From a virus: a stretch of DNA of 64,000 bases. Below the pieces are notes generated by a model. The model saw only the letters and a list, made by a program, of their open reading frames with translations. It was not told the DNA's origin and did no database searches. Shown here one piece after another: positions 38,986 through 47,847 of this stretch (its first letter is position 1; each line of letters starts with the position of its first letter). The stretch lies in IMG/VR virus record IMGVR_UViG_3300035181_001974. One strand, given 5' to 3'. A program made the position numbers and the translations under genes.

Positions 38986-39167
38986 AGCGCCCCTTGACCG
39001 ACGCGGACATCGAGATCCTAACGGACAACGTCCGGGCACAGTCCTCGCGTCCTCTCTCAAAAGAGTTCCGCAAGGAGATTGCGTGCACAGTCGAGGAACT
39101 ATGGCGTGAGGTCAAGCGCCTGTGGCGCGCAGTGAATCTTCAACGCTGAACCTGGTAGGATAGTCTC

Positions 39168-39461
39168 ATGGTCAATCCAAGCCGCATTTCTCCCACGATC
39201 CGCGATATCCTGTTCACCCTCGTCCGCAACAAGACGGCAACGGTGAAAGATTTCGCAGTGATCCAACAGAAGCGACGAGCGCTCCAGAGCCCGACGTGGG
39301 GGCACTCCCTCGTCACCTCCGGACGAGACGGGTACGGCTGGCGAGCGTCCCTGGTGCACCGAGGCTTCATCGAGGTCGTCGGCAAGACGAAGTCAGGTGC
39401 TCACGTGTTTGCACTGACGGAGCCCGGACTGGAGCTGGCGATCTCGCTGGCGCTGCTGTGA
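39168..39461 (+). CDS. small winged-helix-like DNA-binding protein (putative)
   Basis: 97 aa; preceded by the TGAATCTTCAAC...GGTAGGATAGTCTC junction element. Confidence 0.4.
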   Translation: MVNPSRISPTIRDILFTLVRNKTATVKDFAVIQQKRRALQSPTWGHSLVTSGRDGYGWRASLVHRGFIEVVGKTKSGAHVFALTEPGLELAISLALL

Positions 39462-39493
39462 ACCTTCATCTCTGATCCTGGTAGGATAGACTC

Positions 39494-40189
39494 ATGAACG
39501 CCATGCAACAGCCCCTCATCATCGACCGCGCTCACAAGGCCATCGACCTCATCCTTGCCAGCGAGATCGCGCAGAAGTACCTGTCCCCGCACACCATGCA
39601 GTCGCTCCGCGAGCAGCGCAAGTCGGGCTCCGCGGGCAACGTGTCCGTGATGTTCCGCGATACCACGGAGCAGATCGACACGAGCTGTGACCTCTACGTG
39701 CGGTTCGATACGATCGACTGGACCCGCGACCTGAAGCCCCGTGAGGACGGGTCGATCTGGCGGAACTACAAGTTCCGCGTCGAGGTCAACTGGCCCAGCC
39801 ACGGAGACACGCGGCCCGCCCTCGCCAAGGCGCGCCTGGAGTTCTACACCAGGGTCGTCGAGCTCACGGAGGCGATCAACGCGGAAATCGGCGACGGGAT
39901 CGCGGTCTGCATCCGCACCGCGGAGGAGCAGGCGGCGTTCATGGCCGAGCAGGAACGCAAGGCCGAGGAAGCCCGCATCGAGCGTGTTCTCCACGAGGCC
40001 GCCGACATGGTCCGCAAGGGTATGCGCGTGGGTCAGGATCGCAACATCCCCTCCTCGCTGCTGCCGGGCATCAAGACGGGCGTCTACCCCGTCTCGCGGG
40101 ACGATTACAACGGCAAGGTCGAGCGCAAGTACACCATCACCGTCGACGAGCGGCGGCCGAACACCTCGCACCTCCACCGCGTCTCCTGA
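39494..40189 (+). CDS. hypothetical protein
   Basis: 231-aa ORF with the junction element upstream. Confidence 0.5.
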   Translation: MNAMQQPLIIDRAHKAIDLILASEIAQKYLSPHTMQSLREQRKSGSAGNVSVMFRDTTEQIDTSCDLYVRFDTIDWTRDLKPREDGSIWRNYKFRVEVNWPSHGDTRPALAKARLEFYTRVVELTEAINAEIGDGIAVCIRTAEEQAAFMAEQERKAEEARIERVLHEAADMVRKGMRVGQDRNIPSSLLPGIKTGVYPVSRDDYNGKVERKYTITVDERRPNTSHLHRVS

Positions 40190-40233
40190 GTGTAAAGCCG
40201 GGACTCGCTAAGTTAGGATAGAGACACCACCAC

Positions 40234-41394
40234 ATGGCAACTCCCAACTCCATGGCGATCCATACCCTTGTGGACGTCTCTCCCAAGCTCCCCGCCTTCA
40301 TCTCCGTCCTGCTGCGCGGTCCTCACGGGATCGGCAAGTCGCAGCTGGCTCGCCAGGTCGCCCGCATCATCGCTCACGCGGAGCAGATCAAGGACTTCGA
40401 GTTCATCGACCAGCGCCTGTCGCAGAAGACGGAAGGCGATCTCATCGGCCTCCCCAGCACCGACGGCGAGGTCACGCGCTTCAATCCGCCCGACTGGTAC
40501 AAGCGTGCCTGCGTCCGGCCCTGCTTCCTCCTGCTGGACGAGCTGAACCGCGCGACCCAGGAGGTCATGCAGGCAGCGTTCCAGATCGTGCTCGACCGTG
40601 AGCTCAACGGCTGGAAGCTGCACCCCCAGACCCGCGTCTGGTCGGCCATCAACTCCTCACAGGAGTACACGGTCAACGAGATGGATCCGGCGCTCCTCGA
40701 TCGCTTCTGGGTCGTCGACCTCAAGCCGGACGTCAAGGACTGGCTCGCCTGGGCAAAGGGCGAGGGTGACATTCACCCGACCCTGATCGACTTCCACGCT
40801 GCCAACGGCGAGAAGTGGCTCGACCCGCCCAAGGGCGCCGAGGCCGGCAGCGTTCATTCCTCGCGGCGTAGCTGGGAGCGTATGGACCGCTCGCACAAGC
40901 ACGCCGGGGTCGCGGATGATCCCAGCAACCCGCTGTTCTACCACATAGCCGTGGGCTTCGTCGGTGTCGAGGCGGCGATCGCCTTCCACGATTTCGCGGT
41001 CACCGTCGACACCCGCGTCTCGGGCAAAGACGTGATCGACGGGTACGACAAGGTCCAGCACAAGGTCAAGAAGTTCACGGCCGACCGCATCAACGATCTG
41101 GTCGATAAGGTCTCGGACCACGTGACCAAGAACCTCAACAGTCTGACCGAGAAGCAAGGCACCAACCTGAAGCAGTTTCTCAAGGACCTGCCGGGTGAGC
41201 AGCGCGTCAACTGCTGGTCCAAGCTGACCCTGCCTGGCACCGACAAAATGGAGCTGGCACGCAGCATCCACAAGTACTGCGCGGCCGCAGTCCTGGACGT
41301 CTTCGGCGTCCCGATGGGCGAGGCTGGCATCGGCATCGTTCCTGACATCCCCGGCATCTTCAAGTCGCCCGGGGCGGGAGGGAAGAAGAAGTGA
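40234..41394 (+). CDS. MoxR-like AAA+ ATPase (AAA_5 type)
   Basis: LLRGPHGIGKSQLARQVA Walker A; LLLDELNRATQEVMQAAFQIVLDREL Walker B / sensor region. Confidence 0.65.
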   Translation: MATPNSMAIHTLVDVSPKLPAFISVLLRGPHGIGKSQLARQVARIIAHAEQIKDFEFIDQRLSQKTEGDLIGLPSTDGEVTRFNPPDWYKRACVRPCFLLLDELNRATQEVMQAAFQIVLDRELNGWKLHPQTRVWSAINSSQEYTVNEMDPALLDRFWVVDLKPDVKDWLAWAKGEGDIHPTLIDFHAANGEKWLDPPKGAEAGSVHSSRRSWERMDRSHKHAGVADDPSNPLFYHIAVGFVGVEAAIAFHDFAVTVDTRVSGKDVIDGYDKVQHKVKKFTADRINDLVDKVSDHVTKNLNSLTEKQGTNLKQFLKDLPGEQRVNCWSKLTLPGTDKMELARSIHKYCAAAVLDVFGVPMGEAGIGIVPDIPGIFKSPGAGGKKK

Positions 41395-41407
41395 CCTAGT
41401 TACCTGC

Positions 41408-41995
41408 ATGGCGGCCTTCGATCTCGAGCTGTGGAATGCACGTGCCTGGGATCGCTTTCAAAAAGCGATCCAAGCGGGCAAGAACGCAGACCGGGCCACC
41501 AAGCGGTGGACGGAAGATCGCCACTACGTTTCGGCACTCCGCGTGGTGGTGGAGTGGTGTGAGGCCCGGTCGCTGACAGTGACCTTCTGCAAGCGCAGCG
41601 GTGGTATCTACTACACGGCTGACAAGGAGATCAAGGTCAGCGGCCGGGCTTCGCCGAAGCACCAGCTGCACATCCTCCTGCATGAGTGTGGGCACCACCT
41701 GATCGGCAGCAAGGACAAATATGAGCGCTACGGGATGGGCTACGGCAACCAGGATCCCGACGTTAAGCGTTCATTTCATCATCGAATTGACATCGTTGAT
41801 GAAGAGTTCGAGGCCTGGCACCGTGGTTGGAAGCTAGCGCGGCGCCTGGGTGCGTTGACCAAGAAAGACAAGGCAGCCTTCGACAGGACGCGGGTCGCCA
41901 TGCTGCGGACATACCTGCTCTGGGCGACGAAGGCGCCTGGATACGAGAAATACGATGACCCAGCAGAAGCAGATGACGATGCGACTGTGGCTTGA
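41408..41995 (+). CDS. putative zinc metallopeptidase (HExxH; ImmA/IrrE-like)
   Basis: LLHECGHHLIG motif. Confidence 0.4.
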   Translation: MAAFDLELWNARAWDRFQKAIQAGKNADRATKRWTEDRHYVSALRVVVEWCEARSLTVTFCKRSGGIYYTADKEIKVSGRASPKHQLHILLHECGHHLIGSKDKYERYGMGYGNQDPDVKRSFHHRIDIVDEEFEAWHRGWKLARRLGALTKKDKAAFDRTRVAMLRTYLLWATKAPGYEKYDDPAEADDDATVA

Positions 41996-42290
41996 TGATG
42001 AGCGGCCTGCGCCCTCAGGTTGGATCCACGCCAAGACAGCGGCGGGCGCGCAGCGCCTGTTGGAGACGGGCCGCGTGGTGGAGCTAAGCCTCGACCACGA
42101 TCTGGGACCTCTGAGCGCAGGCACCGGCTACGATGTTGTCTGCTGGTTGGAAGAGCAGTGCGCCCGTCAGGACTTCATCCCGCCTGAGATCATCAGCGTT
42201 CATTCGGCCAATCCCGTCGGTGCACAACGGATGCACCAGGCGATAGAATCGATTCGACGAGTCTGGCAGCAGAAGGTCGGAGGCAGCTGA
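41955..42290 (+). CDS. CPR-like (cyclic-phosphate processing receiver) domain protein
   Basis: LWLDDERPAPSGW ... LSLDHDLG ... ISVHSANPVG is the pattern typical of this phage-common small domain. Confidence 0.45.
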   Translation: MTQQKQMTMRLWLDDERPAPSGWIHAKTAAGAQRLLETGRVVELSLDHDLGPLSAGTGYDVVCWLEEQCARQDFIPPEIISVHSANPVGAQRMHQAIESIRRVWQQKVGGS

Positions 42291-42697
42291 TGCGCAACAA
42301 CAAGCTCAACGACGCCACGCGAATCTTCATCCATACGGCAATGTTCCAAGAGGGCATCGTCCCGATGGAAGACCCGACGATGGACGTCCGCCGTGCGTTG
42401 AAAGGCCTGCAGCAGGAAGATGCCCGACGCTTGAAGCGGAAGTTTCGCAAGCTGTGGCGTAAGCAGATGAAGAAGCAGCTGGTGAAGCTGCCCGAGGAGC
42501 GAAAGAAGCTCGTCAAGAACAAATACGTTGCCGTCCCAAAGAAAGGCAAGCCGACGCGACCTTCACGGAGGCAGAGGCTGGCGCGCAAGCAGGCTGTCTA
42601 CGATGAAGTCATGAAGACCAAGGTTGAGCCGATGGTCAAGCAGCTCAAGACCATCAAGCGAGAGGAGGAGTCAAGCGATGGGAAGAAAGAGGGATAG
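42290..42697 (+). CDS. highly basic protein
   Basis: 135-aa Lys/Arg-rich ORF. Confidence 0.45.
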   Translation: MRNNKLNDATRIFIHTAMFQEGIVPMEDPTMDVRRALKGLQQEDARRLKRKFRKLWRKQMKKQLVKLPEERKKLVKNKYVAVPKKGKPTRPSRRQRLARKQAVYDEVMKTKVEPMVKQLKTIKREEESSDGKKEG

Positions 42698-42875
42698 TCC
42701 GTAGGGACTTCCCATCAACCAGCGTCGCTCGGGGGTCGGGTATGGCATGGTGCATGCCCTGAGCAAATATATTTTATAAGCAGGTGAAAGGGCGAACCGA
42801 CGTAGTCCCTGTAACCTAGGCCTCGAAAATGAGGTTCGCCCCCGGACTCCACAGAGTTTCGGGGGCGAAAGTCGT

Positions 42876-43162
42876 TTAAGCGCGGCGGAGCTTTTCGGGT
42901 GTGTCTATGTCGCCGAACCAGCAACGGACCCAGCGCGATTCTGAGTTGGGCAGTAGCAGGTAGCCCTGTGCCCAGTCGACCTCGCGGGGGCAGACGTTGA
43001 AGAGGTCCTCCCGTGTCTTGCTGTCAGCACCCCAGCGCCAGCAGCCGATGACCATCGCTAAGCGGTCGGGCTCGTCCTTCCGGGACGGGTGTTCGTTGTA
43101 GATGACGAGTTCGCCCAACGCTAGGCGGGCCAGCTGCCGTGGAGAACGCTTCTTCTCAGTCA
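42876..43162 (-). CDS. hypothetical protein
   Basis: Internal Met of ORF 42876..43313; ATGA-coupled to the upstream gene. Confidence 0.4.
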
Positions 43163-43611
43163 TCAATCGGCCTGACCCAGTTGAGATCTGTGATGATGTA
43201 GCGCCCGCCGCCGACGATGAAGGTGTGGCGGACCACGCGGAGCGTGCCCTGCTTGCCCTGCTCATCCACGCGGACGGAGTCAACGTAGAGAGCGATGGCC
43301 TTGGCGCGGGCAACGGTCGACTTGTTGGGATCGTAGGTCGGATCCCAGGTGCGAGGTATGTGGACCTGCAGCAGTGGAAAGGGCGGCTGCACCACGTTGG
43401 GACCGAGCTTGACCAGCTCGAGGTCCTTCATCACCTCCCACATCGCGCCCGGGACCATGTGGGCGGCGTATAGTTCTTGCTTCTCGAGTGGGACGTCTTC
43501 CTCGTGGGTATGACGCCGAATCTTGCCAACCGGCACCGCGAAGGTCTCTGCGTCCTTCTTCCAGTTGATCGGTCCCCTACCACGTGATGAGGGTCGCTTG
43601 CCCCAGGTCAT
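43156..43611 (-). CDS. hypothetical protein
   Basis: 151-aa ORF. Confidence 0.5.
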   Translation of the reverse strand: MTWGKRPSSRGRGPINWKKDAETFAVPVGKIRRHTHEEDVPLEKQELYAAHMVPGAMWEVMKDLELVKLGPNVVQPPFPLLQVHIPRTWDPTYDPNKSTVARAKAIALYVDSVRVDEQGKQGTLRVVRHTFIVGGGRYIITDLNWVRPIDD

Positions 43612-43639
43612 GGATTTATCCTACCACACCTGTCGGTGC

Positions 43640-43675
43640 CTTTGCAACGAGTTGCACACCCGCGAGCGAGGATCA
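43640..43675 (+). promoter_or_regulatory. operator copy 3: TGCAACGAGTTGCA followed by CACCCGCGAGCG
   Basis: Same palindrome plus extension. Confidence 0.5.
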
Positions 43676-43975
43676 GGCGATGATCTTGAGGCAGGTCGAC
43701 GGGCAGTAGAAGCGCTGCTTCGTCATATCCTCACGGACCCAGCAGTTGACCCGCATCACCTTCTCGATGACGCCGGTGCAGGGAAACCCGCCACGGGCCG
43801 TGAAGCTGACGCGCTGTCCGACGCGGAACTGGGCGATCGCGGTCTCCTTCGTCGCGGTACGCTGCCGTTTGATGTTGGCGTTCCAGGCCTTGGCCAGCTG
43901 CTGCGTCTCCGTGGGGGTGAGCTGGCACGTGGCGAGGTAGTTTAGCACATCAGCGAACTTGAGGTTGGTTGCCAT
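43673..43975 (-). CDS. hypothetical protein
   Basis: 100-aa ORF. Confidence 0.45.
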   Translation of the reverse strand: MATNLKFADVLNYLATCQLTPTETQQLAKAWNANIKRQRTATKETAIAQFRVGQRVSFTARGGFPCTGVIEKVMRVNCWVREDMTKQRFYCPSTCLKIIA

Positions 43976-44063
43976 GGTTCTAGTGTATCACGATCGCGGG
44001 ATAAAATGCACACGGGGCCCGAGCGATTGCCCGAGCCCCGTGTGCGCTAGTTGTGGTGTGAAC

Positions 44064-44432
44064 TCAGCGGGCGCCGAACGCCCGGAGCTCGCGGACGAGC
44101 TGGGCCTCGATCTCGGCCTGGGACATACCGAGATTGATCCCGTGGCGTTGGCAGAGGGAAGACAGGAGACTCCCGAGCTCGCGGGCACTGGACTCGATGG
44201 GCGTCAGCTCACGGTAGACGGGCTCGACGGCGAATTTCTGGTGATCTTCCTCGGGGAAGGCATCGAGGAAGGCCGCGAGGCGTCGGAAGGCATCGCCGCG
44301 CGAGATGGGCGTCGGCTCACGGGAGGTCTGGAAGTTGCCGGACCCAGAGAAGCTAGGGTTATGGTCGACGAAGACCTGGTCACGGGTGTTGACGACGCGG
44401 TAGCCGATGATTTCGTTGGTGGTGTTGGCCAT
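44064..44432 (-). CDS. hypothetical protein
   Basis: 122-aa ORF. Confidence 0.45.
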   Translation of the reverse strand: MANTTNEIIGYRVVNTRDQVFVDHNPSFSGSGNFQTSREPTPISRGDAFRRLAAFLDAFPEEDHQKFAVEPVYRELTPIESSARELGSLLSSLCQRHGINLGMSQAEIEAQLVRELRAFGAR

Positions 44433-44441
44433 GATTAGATC

Positions 44442-44666
44442 TTACTCCGTTTCGTGGTGGATTTGCACAGGGGGAGCGACGCGGTTGACGTGATCGTAAA
44501 AGCTCGGGCCACCGTGGCGCCGACTCGGGCGGCTGTTGACCCGCGAGCGCAGCCAGGCCCAGAACTCGCGGGTGCACGGCCCGCAGACGATGAAGGTCGC
44601 GGTGTAGGCGCACCCGGTCGCGGGATGGGCGACGCCGCCGCAGGTCCGGCACTGGATGGTTTCCAT
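44442..44666 (-). CDS. zinc-ribbon protein
   Basis: CRTCGG ... CGPC. Confidence 0.4.
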   Translation of the reverse strand: METIQCRTCGGVAHPATGCAYTATFIVCGPCTREFWAWLRSRVNSRPSRRHGGPSFYDHVNRVAPPVQIHHETE

Positions 44667-44958
44667 GGTTCTAGTCTACCACACATGGACGAAAGTTTGC
44701 ACTGTGAATCTTCAAGTCCCGGCGTGTTTAGGATCTAGACATGCCTAAGCCCAAGGTCCGCACCTAGACCGTTAAGGTCATCCAACGCCTCTCGCGGGGC
44801 GTTGAGGTCGAGGCTGCGACGGAGGAGGAAGCAACAGAGCTCGCCTCCTAGAAGGCGCGGTGCCTGTCGATCAACGTCTGGAACAAAGACGTTGACGATG
44901 AGGAGATCATCACCCGCGAGATGTGAACCTTTAGTGAGGATCGTGGTAGACTAGAACC

Positions 44959-45222
44959 ATGGAAACTTCCTGCGACATCCCGGTCATCCCTGGCTTCATC
45001 TTCATCTGGAAGGATAACGTTGGCATCACGGAGGCCTCCAGCATCGCCTGCATGAGCCCAGACTGGTGCGCCCCGATGAAGCTGACGGTTCAGAGCCACC
45101 GCACCGGGCGCACCAAGGACTTCCTCTACGAGAACACCGAGGTGAACGACGGCGAGATCGCTGCCTGGATCTACAAGTCGGCCGACGAGCAGGGCACCCG
45201 GCTTCACATCTTCAATGACTGA
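44959..45222 (+). CDS. hypothetical protein
   Basis: GGTAGACTAGAACC box before the ATG. Confidence 0.45.
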   Translation: METSCDIPVIPGFIFIWKDNVGITEASSIACMSPDWCAPMKLTVQSHRTGRTKDFLYENTEVNDGEIAAWIYKSADEQGTRLHIFND

Positions 45223-45301
45223 ACGCAGTGCAAGTTCCCCAGATCACGTGATAGGCTAATCAAGCCCCCTCCAACCTTACCACCACGGAAGAGAGCACAC
45301 C

Positions 45302-45541
45302 ATGAGCATGAAGACCTCCGACTCGCCGCGCCGCATCTACTCGACCATGGGTACCCTCGCCCTCTGCCACAAGGGCGTCCTCTACGGGTTCGTCGCGGAA
45401 AAGGATGGGGAGGCGAGCGCCTTCCGCAAGGACGTCCCGGCCACCGTCGAGAGCGTCAACGACGACGGCAGCATCACGGTCAAGCAGCGCAAGCCCCACG
45501 CGAAGGCGCTGGTCGAGACCTGGTTCGAGCTCGATGCCTGA
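45302..45541 (+). CDS. hypothetical protein
   Basis: SD GGAAGAGAG before the ATG. Confidence 0.45.
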   Translation: MSMKTSDSPRRIYSTMGTLALCHKGVLYGFVAEKDGEASAFRKDVPATVESVNDDGSITVKQRKPHAKALVETWFELDA

Positions 45542-45653
45542 AATCATCAACGAATCTTTGCGAACTTCGTGGGTGTAAAGCACCTGCGGTGTGACATAGA
45601 TTCAACCTACAAGCTGGCACCCACCAAAACCAAGGATTCACGGAGAGAACACC

Positions 45654-46301
45654 ATGAGTGACAAGTCGGACGAGAAGACCTCGAAGATCGATGCAGCGAT
45701 TGCGGCGGCCAAGGCCCGCGCAGCGGCCAAGGCCAAGGGCGAGACCGCGACGAAGACCGCGGAGACGAAGGCGGAGAAGCCCGCGAGGGCAGCTGCGAAG
45801 CCGAAGCTCACCGACGAAGAGCGCGAGGCCCGCAAGACGAAGCTCGAGGCGGAGCGCGCGGAGCGCAAGGCTGCGAAGACAGCGGCCCGCGAGAAGGCCC
45901 GCGCCGAGAAGCTGGCAGCCCGCAAGCCGGCGCACATGAGCAAGGTCACCAAGGCAGGCGAGAAGCTTCCGCAGCTCGCGGGTGCCGCGCAGATCCTCTT
46001 CGGTGATGCGACCGCGAACCTGGGCCGCGCCGACCTGGCGAGCCTGGCGCTGCACATCCAGCACTTCAACCGCGTCAAGGCGACGGAGCGAGCACTGGAC
46101 ACGAGGATCGAGGCCGGTCATACGGTCACCATCGTTGGCGGCGACCCGCGCTTCATCGGCAAGACGGGTACGGTCACCAAGGCGCAGCGCATCCGCTGCT
46201 ACGTCGAGATCGAGGGCGTCAACAAGCCGGTGTACTGCTTCACCTCGGACGTCGAGCCACTGGCTGCGGCCGATCGTGAGGCGACGGGCACGGACGCCTG
46301 A
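45654..46301 (+). CDS. histone H1-like Ala/Lys-rich protein with C-terminal KOW-like motif
   Basis: AAKARAAAKAKGETATKTAETKAEKPARAAAKPK low-complexity N-terminus; GHTVTIVGGDPRFIGKTGTV KOW-like; SD GGAGAG. Confidence 0.55.
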   Translation: MSDKSDEKTSKIDAAIAAAKARAAAKAKGETATKTAETKAEKPARAAAKPKLTDEEREARKTKLEAERAERKAAKTAAREKARAEKLAARKPAHMSKVTKAGEKLPQLAGAAQILFGDATANLGRADLASLALHIQHFNRVKATERALDTRIEAGHTVTIVGGDPRFIGKTGTVTKAQRIRCYVEIEGVNKPVYCFTSDVEPLAAADREATGTDA

Positions 46302-46329
46302 TTCGCAGAAGTTCACAAGGTAAACTCCA

Positions 46330-46520
46330 ACAGTCAAGGCCGCGATCCTCACTGGGTCAGGCCTTGACCCCGTTTCGGGCCACGGTCACAGCCCCCGTGG
46401 GACCCACGTGAGTGCTTTCATGTCAGGGTAATGGGTTACCCCACTTGGGCCCGTGAGTATTCACGTGTGTCATTGTGCAAATCGTCTGTGACTTGGGCCT
46501 ACAATAGGCCTCGCGGACAA
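46330..46520 (+). repeat. intergenic repeat element copy C (includes a TCAAGGCC/GGCCTTGA hairpin)
   Basis: GGGACCCACGTGAGTGCTTTCATG, GGGCCCGTGAGTATTCACGTG, TGTGCAAATCG. Confidence 0.5.
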
Positions 46521-46648
46521 GTTAGAAGCGCATGGCCCGCCTCGAGCTGGTGCTGATGACGCTCGTGGATCACGTGGCGTGGCTGGTGGGCACCGTCCAA
46601 TGTCCGTTGCGAGTGCAAATTCACATCTGAACATGGTAGGATAATCTC

Positions 46649-46867
46649 ATGGTCAACCAAGGCACCCGTCGGATCCTCGAGAGCACGGCCTGGGACATCA
46701 CGATCGGCAGCGGCATGGCCGAGGAGTGGGCTGAACTGGGCCACGAGCCCGACCACGCAGTCCGCCGCACTGTCTCGGGCGTGCTGGGCCGTGATCCCAG
46801 CCACGAGGAGTGGGACTACTTCTGCCGAGAGTGGCGTGATTGCCTCCAGCGTGCCGCGCAGCTGTGA
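46649..46867 (+). CDS. hypothetical protein
   Basis: GGTAGGATAATCTC box before the ATG. Confidence 0.45.
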   Translation: MVNQGTRRILESTAWDITIGSGMAEEWAELGHEPDHAVRRTVSGVLGRDPSHEEWDYFCREWRDCLQRAAQL

Positions 46868-46973
46868 ACTTCAACAACGAAACAAGGTACAACAGAGACA
46901 TGGCCAAAACCCGCGAGCAGATCAAGCAGGCGATCCTCCACGAGGGGCCCTTCAAACGCAAAGAGAAGAAGTG

Positions 46974-47186
46974 ATGGCGATCCCGAAGATTGAGTTCCCG
47001 ATGACGCAGGACCAGGTCGCGCCCGCGGTTCAGAGCGTCCTGGAGCACATCAAAGCGTTGGAGACCGAGCTCAAGCTCAGTCGAGCGCTGCTCGCTGAGA
47101 CTCGCGAGTGGTGCTCCCACCCGGGCCTCGGGAACAATGCCAGCTGCCCGTGCTGCGGCAAGTACTTCAGTCGCTACGACGACTGA
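46974..47186 (+). CDS. small Cys-cluster protein (CPCCGK)
   Basis: Start MAIPKIEF; GTGATGG overlap with the upstream mini-ORF. Confidence 0.4.
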   Translation: MAIPKIEFPMTQDQVAPAVQSVLEHIKALETELKLSRALLAETREWCSHPGLGNNASCPCCGKYFSRYDD

Positions 47187-47193
47187 CCCAAGC

Positions 47194-47228
47194 AGTGCAA
47201 TGAGTTGCAAGCCCGCGAGCGCTAGAAG
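47194..47228 (+). promoter_or_regulatory. operator copy 4: TGCAATGAGTTGCA followed by AGCCCGCGAGCG
   Basis: Same palindrome plus extension. Confidence 0.5.
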
Positions 47229-47277
47229 CTCTCACGGGGCTGTGTATTTCTCCCAGAAGATGAGGTAGACTAGACCC

Positions 47278-47643
47278 ATGATCCAACTCGGTTACATCTA
47301 CGCCAACATCGCAGGTGACTCGCGGTACACGGATCGCATGGAGGTCCAGCTCGACGCAGATACCCGCCTGGTTCACGTGATCGTCTCTTCCAGCTCGCCG
47401 GTTGGCGGCATGGACGGATCCGGCGACACCACGGGTTTCGAGGAGCGCCTCCACATGAAGGCAAAGTCCTCGTCCCCGAAGGACGTGCTGAAGCTCGTCA
47501 AGTCCATCATCGCGGACGAGCGGTGGAACTTCAAGCGTTACGGGCAGCCCACCAAGCGCTTCACCTGGCGCACGTTCCACGGTTTCAAGCAGGGCCTCAA
47601 CCAGACGCTGGTCCAGGAAGCGCTGATGTGCTCGGTCGACTGA
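47278..47643 (+). CDS. hypothetical protein
   Basis: GAGGTAGACTAGACCC box before the ATG. Confidence 0.45.
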   Translation: MIQLGYIYANIAGDSRYTDRMEVQLDADTRLVHVIVSSSSPVGGMDGSGDTTGFEERLHMKAKSSSPKDVLKLVKSIIADERWNFKRYGQPTKRFTWRTFHGFKQGLNQTLVQEALMCSVD

Positions 47644-47699
47644 GGGGAGAGAGAGGGGAAGAACACGAGCCAGAACAACGAACTCGATGCAATGATCGA

Positions 47700-47846
47700 T
47701 CACTGCCCAAGCGGGACCCCTGACCGGACCCACCAGTGACCCCCGTGAGTGCCTTCCCGGTCAGGACAGGGTTTCCTACCTACCGGGCCTGAGAGGGCCT
47801 CACGGGTGACGGTGCAAATCCTTGGTGAACTGAGGTAGGATTGTCT
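47700..47846 (+). repeat. intergenic repeat element copy D
   Basis: GTGACCCCCGTGAGTGCCTTCC, GGGCCTGAGAGGGCCTCACGGG, GGTGCAAATCC. Confidence 0.5.
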
Positions 47847-47847
47847 C

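Noticed and set aside
38800-39060. 86-aa - strand ORF over repeat element B
   Set aside because: Lies entirely within a non-coding repeat copy; translation is Arg/Pro-rich noise.
40268-41409. Alternative-frame and antisense ORFs within the MoxR ATPase gene
   Set aside because: Overlap a motif-supported gene; Ser/Arg/Pro-rich junk translations.
45480-46352. 290-aa - strand ORF
   Set aside because: Arg/Leu/Ala-rich antisense shadow of the + strand H1/KOW gene in GC-rich DNA; the + ORF has an SD and a coherent domain structure.
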